Shown here: one piece after another, positions 9,696 through 18,300 of the stretch
Position numbering within the stretch: position 1 is the first letter of the stretch
Layout of the letters: every line of letters begins with the position of its first letter
Assembly: GCA_964545575.1 (NCBI GenBank)
Contig: CAZJFL010000003.1
Span: 55,000-118,999 of the forward strand
Source: an uncultured Planctomycetales bacterium
GTDB taxonomy: Bacteria; Omnitrophota; Gorgyraeia; Gygaellales; Profunditerraquicolaceae
Reading direction: 5' to 3'
Length of the DNA: 64,000 nucleotides
Program-made: the position numbers and the translations under genes
Notes under the pieces: model-generated
Told to the model about the DNA's origin: nothing
The model's database searches: none
The model's input: the letters and a program-made list of their open reading frames with translations, nothing else

Positions 9696-11441
9696 TTAAA
9701 ATATAATTCCTTCTTCCGAAGCTGCCTCAATCTGGCTGGCAAATAATTCCCTATACCCCGCATTCCTTAAGAGTTCCTCGTGGCTGCCGATATAAATATC
9801 GGCGGGGCCTTCTAAAAAATAGGCCAGCTCCATCTTTTTAACCGTAGATAGCCTATGCGAAACAACGATTATGGTAGAATCTCTGAATTCATTTTTGATA
9901 TTATCGATGATTTTTTCCTCGGTTTCAGAATCTAACGAAGACATCGCTTCATCTAAAATCAGGATACTCGGCCTTTTTATTACTGTTCTGGCAATGGCAA
10001 CCCTTTGCTTCTGGCCCTCGGAAAGTTTACAGGCCATCTCTCCAATTAGCGAATCGTAGCCTTGGGGCAGCTTAAAAATAAATTTATCGATTTGCGCGAT
10101 CTTCGCTGCCTTAACCATTTCTTCATAACTGGCATCATCTTTTCCGTAGAGGATATTATTGGCAAGCGTATCATTCCAGAGGAGCGCCTCCTGAAGGCAA
10201 ATACCAATTTGCTCCTTCAAGGATTTTAATTTAACATCTTTTATATTCTGGCCGTCGATTAAAATCGAGCCTTTTTCCAGATTATAAAGCCTTAAGATCA
10301 AAGAAAGCAAAGTTGTCTTTCCGCATCCTGATTTTCCTACCAGGGCAATTTTTGAGCCGGGTTTGATTGTAAAATTTACCCCTTTTAAGACAAATCCATC
10401 TTTTTGGTATGTAAAATGAACGTCATGAAATTCTATTTTTCCCTTTAGAATCTTTGCCCCGGCGGCACCCTCTTTATCCCTTATCTCTGTTTTGATATCG
10501 AGAATTTCTGCCAGGCGCTGGTAGGATACTGAATTTACAAAAATATTTTCATAAAATCCTGCCATTGACTTAAACGCCCCCAAGGCTTGAGTTAAATAAA
10601 TCATTAACGCAGTCAGGCTTCCTAAGGTCAGATCCCCCCTGATAACTTGATAACCGCCGTATAAAAGAATTATCCCGCTTATCAGCTTGTTAAGAATAGA
10701 GCTGGAAAAACTGCTCATGCTGCGTATGCGGGCGTTTTTGAACTCAAAATCCGTCCTTCTTAAAAGAGATTCCTCAAATCTTTTTATCTCATACTCTTCT
10801 TTGCCCAAAGCCTTTACCAGATGCATATGGCTGAAAACTTCCTGAAGATTTCTATAAATATCCTGGGACTTATCAATGACCCTATAGGCTACCTGTTTTA
10901 GCCATTTTCCAAAAAAATAGGGATGGATAAAACTTAGGGGGGCCAAAATAAAGGTAAAAAAAGCAAGTTTCCAGTTAAGATAAAAAACGATGCATGAAAT
11001 AACCGCCAGGCGCAAAATTACTAAAGGTACCTGGGGGAGGCTGTTAGAGATAAAGCCGCTTACGGATGAAACATCGTTGCTTATACGATAAATATGCTCG
11101 CCTGTAGATTTATCCTTAAAGAAACTTAAAGAGAGGCTCTGCAGGTGCCTGAATAAATCTTTGGTTATATCAAAGCGTACCTGGGAATTTACTTTCGAGG
11201 AAAGGTAACTGATTAAGGAATTGATTAAACCATTTAGGATGAATATGCTTGCGCCAATAACAGCTAAAATCAAAAATAATTTTAGATCCTTATTCGCATA
11301 TGCCCTATCAATGACCAGCTTTGTAAGATAGGGGTTGATTAAACTTAAAGGCAAGCTAACCAGCCCTAAAAGAATTACCAGAGTCTCAATTTTCCAGTAT
11401 CTATAGAGATATTTATTAAAGCGTTTCCAATTTACATTCAT
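9696..11441 (-). CDS. ABC exporter, fused permease/ATPase (MsbA/LagD-like, no C39 peptidase domain)
   Basis: 581 aa. Six TM helices, then Walker A GKSGCGKTT, signature LSEGQKQRVAIAR and Walker B ILILDEA. Confidence 0.85.
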   Translation of the reverse strand: MNVNWKRFNKYLYRYWKIETLVILLGLVSLPLSLINPYLTKLVIDRAYANKDLKLFLILAVIGASIFILNGLINSLISYLSSKVNSQVRFDITKDLFRHLQSLSLSFFKDKSTGEHIYRISNDVSSVSGFISNSLPQVPLVILRLAVISCIVFYLNWKLAFFTFILAPLSFIHPYFFGKWLKQVAYRVIDKSQDIYRNLQEVFSHMHLVKALGKEEYEIKRFEESLLRRTDFEFKNARIRSMSSFSSSILNKLISGIILLYGGYQVIRGDLTLGSLTALMIYLTQALGAFKSMAGFYENIFVNSVSYQRLAEILDIKTEIRDKEGAAGAKILKGKIEFHDVHFTYQKDGFVLKGVNFTIKPGSKIALVGKSGCGKTTLLSLILRLYNLEKGSILIDGQNIKDVKLKSLKEQIGICLQEALLWNDTLANNILYGKDDASYEEMVKAAKIAQIDKFIFKLPQGYDSLIGEMACKLSEGQKQRVAIARTVIKRPSILILDEAMSSLDSETEEKIIDNIKNEFRDSTIIVVSHRLSTVKKMELAYFLEGPADIYIGSHEELLRNAGYRELFASQIEAASEEGIIF

Positions 11442-11500
11442 GGTTAAATTGTCAAATCGCTATATTGTTATACTGCTAGGTAATTTGACAGTTTAGCGGT

Positions 11501-12424
11501 TTATTTTGTCTTGCGCACAAACCCGATCACTCTTTTATTATTTACAAACCCCAAACGATAACAAGGCACGCTGCTAAGCAAATCCTGGCAAAAGGAAACG
11601 ATATTCTCTAAACAATTTTTGTCCCAGAAGGTGGGGAATAAACAGGGATACAGTAGGTTAAGGGCTGACTTTTTAGAAATTATTTTTATTTTATTCTCCG
11701 GGCTATGATAGATAAAAAATATCTTCTCCAGAGGCGCGGATTCTATCTTTGAGCTTAAATAATCGCTGAATGCGCCATGCCAGGGAGAGCTGTAGATAAA
11801 GAATCTTTTTTTAATTTTACGGATGATTATACGATCGTCATTTAAAACCATGGCTTTTGAATGATTATACCAGAGCTTGGCCAGAGTAGTTTTGCCGGCG
11901 TGAGATTTACCGGCAAAAAGTAAACCCTTGCCTTGCAAATCTTTTATCCCCACAGAATGGGTAAAAATTCCTTGCCTTCTTAAGGCAAGATGATTTATCA
12001 GCAGGACCTGTAAAAAGTCATAGATAATATCGGTGAAATTCCAGGCTCTTGCCTTGTTTTTTTTAGGCAAAAGATAAGCATTTACCTTATCAAAGGCCGG
12101 ATTCACCCGCATAAGTTGTTTCTTGGCTTCTAAAGGGCACTTATAGATATAAAAATCATTCTTTTTAAGCAGGCGCCAATTCTCATTTTTGCTTATATAG
12201 TGAGTAGTGATAAAGATATCTTGCGCCTGCCTGATTTCGGGCAATTTGTCTACGATGTTAACCTGAATAGTAATATGCGGTTTTTGCCTTCCCTTATAAA
12301 AAAAATTTTGAAAGCGCTCAAACCTTTCCAGCCTCTTCTTTTCTTTAGTCCGCTGTTCAAAGGGAAAAGCGCTTTGCATCTGAATGACTATATCGGCAAT
12401 CTTTAATTTTACCCTGTACTCCAT
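11501..12424 (-). CDS. HprK-related P-loop kinase (ScmC / HprK-related-kinase type)
   Basis: 307 aa. GKGLLFAGKSHAGKTTLA and LNDDRIII resemble the HPr kinase C-terminal P-loop domain (G-x-S-G-x-GKS ... ADDR). It sits in a PqqD/radical SAM context. Confidence 0.55.
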   Translation of the reverse strand: MEYRVKLKIADIVIQMQSAFPFEQRTKEKKRLERFERFQNFFYKGRQKPHITIQVNIVDKLPEIRQAQDIFITTHYISKNENWRLLKKNDFYIYKCPLEAKKQLMRVNPAFDKVNAYLLPKKNKARAWNFTDIIYDFLQVLLINHLALRRQGIFTHSVGIKDLQGKGLLFAGKSHAGKTTLAKLWYNHSKAMVLNDDRIIIRKIKKRFFIYSSPWHGAFSDYLSSKIESAPLEKIFFIYHSPENKIKIISKKSALNLLYPCLFPTFWDKNCLENIVSFCQDLLSSVPCYRLGFVNNKRVIGFVRKTK

Positions 12425-12425
12425 A

Positions 12426-13484
12426 TTAACAGTTTAAACCTTGCTTTATTTTTTTGGCAAAAATCCGGCTCTCGGGCTCGCAGGAGGTGAAGGTTTTATT
12501 GTAAAGCCATGCCCTCCCCGGGCACCATTTGCAGAAAGGCGCTAAATTGCATCTGTCGCATTTATAATTTTTATCTTGCTTAATTGAGGAAACCAGTCCT
12601 TTTAGCCTCTGCCAGGCATCTTTTAAAGAGGTCTTTAATATTTTGTATTTAGGAAAATCAATCATCAAGCACATTTTCAGTTCTCCAAAAGGATTAATTG
12701 CTGCCTGGCTTACTCCTACTGCGCATTTAAATAAATTATTGCTATCGGGTATTTGGTTTGTAGCCACTAAATCACACTCTTTAAAATTATCTTTTCTTAT
12801 GGCCTGCAACCTGTAGCCTGTAGCCTGTAGCTTATTTTTTAAACTTCCCCTATACCTAAATGGCTCTTTTGAACCATCTAGGCGTGGCGAAAGCCTGGTA
12901 TCCAGCCGATGTAGGGCGCCTAAGGATTCGGCAAAATCCTGGATATCCTCTATTTGGGCTTCGTTTTCTTTTAAAACACAGGTCTTAAAACCTAAATTGA
13001 CTTTATTTTTATGTAAAAGCCCGATTGCTTTAAAAACTTTTTTATATGAACCGGGAGAACAGGTTATCTTCTCAAAAGCGGCTTCAGTCATTGCCGGAAG
13101 GGTAATATCTACCTTGTTTGGTTTAAGCTGGGCTAATTCCCGGGCAATTATTTCATCGATTAAAGAGCCATTGCTATAAATGATGATTTCAACCCCTTTT
13201 TTCTTAGCATAGCAAAGGATCTGTATTATATCCTTTCTCATAAACGGTTCGCCGCCTGTAAAGCCCAAATAGAAGCAACCTATATCAGCCAGTTGATCAA
13301 GAATAGAAAATACCTCTTTAGTCTTAAGTTCTCTTTTTTCTCTAAAACTTTCCGGGACATAACAGTGCCTGCATTTAAAATTACATCTATAGGTTAACTC
13401 GAACATCACCCTTAAGAGAGAACCTTTTTCCTTTGCGCTCTTATGTATCTGTTGCCAGAACTTATTGTAGGCCCTAGTCTGCAT
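12426..13484 (-). CDS. Radical SAM/SPASM-domain peptide-modifying enzyme
   Basis: 352 aa. CX3CX2C (YRCNFKCRHCY) near the N-terminus; C-terminal SPASM Cys cluster (CDRCNLAPFCKWCPGRAW). Confidence 0.8.
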   Translation of the reverse strand: MQTRAYNKFWQQIHKSAKEKGSLLRVMFELTYRCNFKCRHCYVPESFREKRELKTKEVFSILDQLADIGCFYLGFTGGEPFMRKDIIQILCYAKKKGVEIIIYSNGSLIDEIIARELAQLKPNKVDITLPAMTEAAFEKITCSPGSYKKVFKAIGLLHKNKVNLGFKTCVLKENEAQIEDIQDFAESLGALHRLDTRLSPRLDGSKEPFRYRGSLKNKLQATGYRLQAIRKDNFKECDLVATNQIPDSNNLFKCAVGVSQAAINPFGELKMCLMIDFPKYKILKTSLKDAWQRLKGLVSSIKQDKNYKCDRCNLAPFCKWCPGRAWLYNKTFTSCEPESRIFAKKIKQGLNC

Positions 13485-13485
13485 C

Positions 13486-14586
13486 TTAACCGCCTAAACG
13501 CTTTCTCTCTGCTAAGGTGGCTTTAGCCAAATCGCAATAATAAGTTACCGGGGATTCCTCATCCCCGGTTTCTAAGAAAGCCCTGGCTGGGCAGTTATAG
13601 CAGAGCGGCCTTAAAGAACAGAGCCGGCATTTAGATTCGGTTTTAAATTTCTCCTTTAAGATTCCGGGAAAGACGCGGTAAAAGCCTTCTTTAAAGGGAG
13701 TTTCTTTTAAATCCACGCTGAATTTTTCAGAAAACATGCAAAACTTCAATTTTCCATAGGGATTGATAAAGAAATACTTCTTCCAGATATTGCAACGGTA
13801 AAGAAAATCTTTATTTCTGCTTAAATCCGGAAAATCGCTCTTTAAACGCCGCTGGTATTCTTCCCAGATTTGGGGGTCTTGTCTTCTTGCCTCTTTTAGC
13901 TCGGAAAAATTAAGTCTAAAATTTGTGGGGGCTATGTCTCCATTCAGCCGGGGGTAAATCATCGGGTCATATTTGAAATGGTATCTATTTTTGGAAGGCC
14001 CCCCCCAAAGTTGTTCGGTCCATTGTTTTATGCTTCCCAGCTCGTCTTTATTCTGCTTAAGGCAGTTTGTCTTCACTATCAAGGGTATTTTACTTTCTGC
14101 CAAAAATTTAATATTCTTTATTGCCTTTGAAAAAGAACCCCCTACCCGGCTTATCTTTTCATAGGTATCTTTGGTTATCCCGTTTAAAGTGACCTCGATG
14201 GACAGGGGCGGAGATTTTATCAAATAATCAAAAATCTCTTTGCTGAATAGCTGCGCATTAGTAAAAATGGTTACAAGAAAACCTTTTTCTTTGGCAAAGG
14301 AATAAAGCTCTAGAAAATCATCCCTGATTAAGGGATCCCCTCCGGTAAAGGTAACCCATAGACAACCCTCTTTTTTAATCTCGTTTAAAATTTTCTTCCA
14401 ATCTTGAGTGGTTAATTCCTGGTTTGAGGTTTTGCGGTATTTTTGCGGTATTGCGCTATTTTTACAGTAGCAATGGATACAGTTAAGGCTGCAATTGTAG
14501 GTAAGCTCGATTGTGCCGCTTAAGGGGAATTGCCCTTTTTTAATCCTAAGCCGCTGATAAAAAGGGCCTAATCTTCGCTCTTGCAT
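13486..14586 (-). CDS. Radical SAM/SPASM-domain peptide-modifying enzyme (second paralog)
   Basis: 366 aa. CX3CX2C (YNCSLNCIHCY); C-terminal SPASM (CRLCSLRPLCYNCPARAF). Confidence 0.8.
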   Translation of the reverse strand: MQERRLGPFYQRLRIKKGQFPLSGTIELTYNCSLNCIHCYCKNSAIPQKYRKTSNQELTTQDWKKILNEIKKEGCLWVTFTGGDPLIRDDFLELYSFAKEKGFLVTIFTNAQLFSKEIFDYLIKSPPLSIEVTLNGITKDTYEKISRVGGSFSKAIKNIKFLAESKIPLIVKTNCLKQNKDELGSIKQWTEQLWGGPSKNRYHFKYDPMIYPRLNGDIAPTNFRLNFSELKEARRQDPQIWEEYQRRLKSDFPDLSRNKDFLYRCNIWKKYFFINPYGKLKFCMFSEKFSVDLKETPFKEGFYRVFPGILKEKFKTESKCRLCSLRPLCYNCPARAFLETGDEESPVTYYCDLAKATLAERKRLGG

Positions 14587-14589
14587 AAA

Positions 14590-14850
14590 TTAAGATTGCC
14601 CTTCGGCCGAGTAAGGAGTCTGTCCTGCTGGATAGATACCAGGAGGAAACTCGCAAACCCCCTCACCCAGCATCTCTTTTGTAGCGACCTCAGTCCAGCA
14701 AATATTATCTGGGGGTGGAGGGGTATTAGCTAGATGTGCTGTTGTCCATGCCACACCAAACTCAAAACAGTTACAAGACAGCACTGCCTGCTCGGGGTTT
14801 AATTTTATCCGGCTAATCACCGGCCTAAACTTTGGTTTTCTCGTCTTCAT
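14590..14850 (-). CDS. Small Cys/Trp/Pro-containing protein; candidate precursor peptide of the radical SAM cassette
   Basis: 86 aa: MKTRKPKFRPVISRIKLNPEQAVLSCNCFEFGVAWTTAHLANTPPPPDNICWTEVATKEMLGEGVCEFPPGIYPAGQTPYSAEGQS. Its start overlaps the PqqD stop (ATGA) and is preceded by GGAGGTAAA. It has four Cys and lies immediately before the two rSAM/SPASM genes. Confidence 0.4.
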   Translation of the reverse strand: MKTRKPKFRPVISRIKLNPEQAVLSCNCFEFGVAWTTAHLANTPPPPDNICWTEVATKEMLGEGVCEFPPGIYPAGQTPYSAEGQS

Positions 14851-15137
14851 TTTACCTCCTCTATTGCCTTTATCTTCCTTAAATCTTCCAGCAGCACCTG
14901 CAATTTTTTGTCTGTTTCTTCTTCTGTGGTATCAAACTTTTTTAAAATCGCTTTTCTAATATCTTTTAGGGTTCTTTTTCCATCAATTAAATCCCAGATC
15001 TTTAAGGCAGCCTTATTTAGGGTATAAATATAATTTGCTTCCTCGGATGTCCTATAAATGGGTATCAGCATCGCTTGATCATCTATCTGGCGGCTGACTA
15101 TATCCGGGCTCTTCTTTAAAACTGCATCCTTTTTCAT
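14847..15137 (-). CDS. PqqD-family RiPP recognition element (RRE) / peptide chaperone
   Basis: 96 aa. Fits the PqqD family pattern (DQAMLIP...YTLNKAALKIWDLIDGKRTLKDI). SD AAGGAGG lies before the ATG. It is the first gene of the operon. Confidence 0.75.
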   Translation of the reverse strand: MKKDAVLKKSPDIVSRQIDDQAMLIPIYRTSEEANYIYTLNKAALKIWDLIDGKRTLKDIRKAILKKFDTTEEETDKKLQVLLEDLRKIKAIEEVK

Positions 15138-15358
15138 ACTTTGCCTCCTTGTAAATTCAATCGCAACAGTGTGCCCTGGCTATTGCTAGATGAGCGTCTA
15201 ACTATGCCTACAGGGGCAAGGCTATTATTAGGGAAAGCCTACTCTCATATTATCACAAGAGGAAATCAGAGACAACAGGTTTTCTTAAGACGGGGAATTT
15301 GTCTAGGTTTTATGTGGGTTTTGCGTTGGTTTGGGAATTGTCTGGGTTTTGGGTTTTG

Positions 15359-18300
15359 TTAACGCAGGTACCAGTGATCCTCATCGCCCACTAAAAGCTT
15401 ATATCCGGGAAATATTATTTTTGAATAGTCAGAACCGAGATCCATTCTGCTGTTAGCATCAAGGAAGCTAAAACCGACTCCGCTATAAACGTCGATCCTA
15501 GTGTTGTCAAAGATATCTGCGTCTAAGAAGGATATCAGCCCGCCGGCATGAAGATAGAGCCGGTCAATGGTAGTAATACCTACCGCCTCTAAGCTAATGC
15601 TACCAGCAGCATAAAGGGAAATCCAATCATGCGGACCAAAGGAAAAACCCCCTGTCAGAGTAATACTCCCTCCAGTAGAAGTAATAGCCAGTCCTTTGTT
15701 ACCTATAAAGTGGCTAAGGAAAGATGTATTGGCAGTAAGGCTATCTGCACTTTGGAGGTAGATGTAGGAAGAGGTAGCTGTGTTATTTAAAGTAAGGCTT
15801 CCTCCTCCGCTTTTATCATAATTCGCATAAAGATAGATCTTGTCGGCGGCTATACTTTGGTTTAAAGTAACGTCTCCGTAAGCAAGAATATAGATTGCTG
15901 TCAGCCCGGAGAGCTGCGAGTCAACAACAATGGTGCCAGCGGCAGCAGTAGAAGTAATGCCAAGCCCTCCGCTGTAATTGGATAAACGGGGAAGGAGTGC
16001 ACTTAAGGTAAATCCGGTCGGATTCGCACCTTGGAGGTAGATGTAGGGAGCGGTAACCATGATGGTCGGCGGTGTTATGAAAGTAAGGCTTCCAGAGCCC
16101 TTTTTATCATTATCCGCATAGAGATAGATCGCACCGTTTATTGTATCGTTTGTGCTAATAGTAGTCCTGTTTACAGTAAGAGTTCCGGCAGCAAAAAGGT
16201 AGACTCCATCATTTCGGGCAATGGGCGCAGATACCGTAATATCTCCGTTGGTAGAGCAAACACTTAAAACGCCGGTGTTGTTGATTAAAAAGCCAAGGAA
16301 AGCTGCATCGATGAACATAATTGCTGCCCCATCAGGCGCACTTTGGAGGTAGATCTTGGCAGCTTCTACATATTTATTATTTAAATTAAGGGCTCCCGAG
16401 CCATCTTTATCATTATCCGCAAGAAGATAGGCGCAGGGGGCTGTTATCGCTGTTGCCGACAGAGGATTTAAAGTAAGAATTCCAGCAGCATAAAGGTAGA
16501 TTCCCGTATTTCGGGAAATGGCCGTAGTTACCGTAATATCTCCCGTGGCAGCCACTTCTGCTTTAAGAGCGTTGATGCTTAAAACATCTGCGGCACCACC
16601 GGAATAGGCTAATTTGTTCAGGAAAGTCAAATCAATAGTAAAATTCTGCGCGCCTTGGAAGTAGATGTTGGCAGCATTGAAGGTGCCCAATGTATAAGAA
16701 ATCTGTCCCGATATAGCGCCAACACTATCCCCATACGCCGCATAGACGTAAATCTTGCCGCTCCCAGAGGTAACTGATAGGGCTACCGGACCACCTACCC
16801 CTACAGTAATATTTTCCGCACCATAAAGGTAGATTCCCTGAGTGCGGCTAATGTCAGTTGTTACCGTAATATTTCCGGCAGTAGAGGTGATGCTTAAGAG
16901 CTGGGTGTTACTGGTTAAAAAGCCGAGGAAACTTCCATCGATAGTAAAACTACCCGTACCTTGGAAGCCCGCACCTTGGAGGTAGGCGTAGGCAGCGTCA
17001 ATCTTTGTACCTACGCCCCCTATATAAAGTTGTCCTGCTTTATCTTTATCCTGATCCGCATAAAGGTAGACGTGGCCGCCGACTGCGTTGTCGCTGATTA
17101 TATCTGCATTTACAGTAATATCTCCAGTAGCATAAAGGTAGATATTATTTCGGCCACTAATGCGCGCACCTACAGCTACCGTAATATTTCCGTTGGTAGA
17201 GTAGAGACTTAAAACGCCGGTGTTGTTGATTAAAAAGCCAAGGAAACTTCCATCGATATTAAAAAGCTGCGCCTTTTTGAGATAGATGTTGGGAGAGTTG
17301 ATTAGTATGTTATTACTAAGGGTTCCTGTTTTATTTTGATCATAATCCGCATAAAGGTAGACCGCGCCGGTTGTTGCGGTAGAGGCGTTGGCCTGGGCCA
17401 CTGTAACATTATTATCAGCATAAACATAAATTTTACCTCCCGTTGCCGTAATAGTTCCACAGGTAATATTAAGTGAAGCATGAAGATTGACATCTTGGCC
17501 TCCGGTAATCACAGAAGACGCGCCGCCACCAATACAATAAATACTACCGCTTGCGGAAATATAAACTGAACCGGCGGCATTTAAATTATACGTTCCAGGC
17601 ACCCCCAGAATAACATTATGCCCAAAGATTTTTATATCGCCGGAAGTAGCAACGGTAATCGAGGTTCCGTTAGCCTGGGTAAAATCTCCGTCCCCGTTAT
17701 AATCTGAATCAGCCACAAAGATGAAATCAGTACCCGTGACAGTAATACTAGCATTCACATTTATATTGCGGGCGGCTTCTAAGGGACCAACGAGACCTAT
17801 CGGATTGCTAATAATGACGTCATAAAAGGGATGGCCACCAGGAGTGATGGTCGGGGTACTCCCGCCGTTAAAAGTGACAAGTGAGTTTCCAGGGTCAAAA
17901 GTAGCAGCTTCGCTTAAGGTAAAATTACCCCCCACGGATATGTTTGAGCTTTGGGCATTAAAAATAGCGCCGCTGTTTAAAATAAAACTACCACCCACGG
18001 CTAAAGTAAAAGATCCACAATTGACTTCTCCTGAATCTTGGCTATAAGGGCCGTTAATATTAAGGCCCCCCGCCAGGGTGATTGACCCTGAAAAACCACT
18101 TGTAATAATCAGGGAGTTAATCGTTAACCCTGGCATATTCATAATAGTATCGTCTGAGGTTGTATTAAAGATAATATCTTGGCCGTCAGGAGGTATCTGA
18201 GGATTCCAGTTAAGCGGATCTGACCAAAAAATGCCGTCGCCAGGCGGAAACCCCCCTGCCCCCACCCACTCCGGGTCTAAATGCCAGCCCACGATGCTGC

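Noticed and set aside
15141-15362. 73-aa plus-strand ORF between the PqqD gene and the giant exoprotein gene
   Set aside because: It sits in the promoter/leader region of the minus-strand cassette (extended -10 TGTGATAAT and SD AAGGAGG for PqqD) and shows no coding signal.
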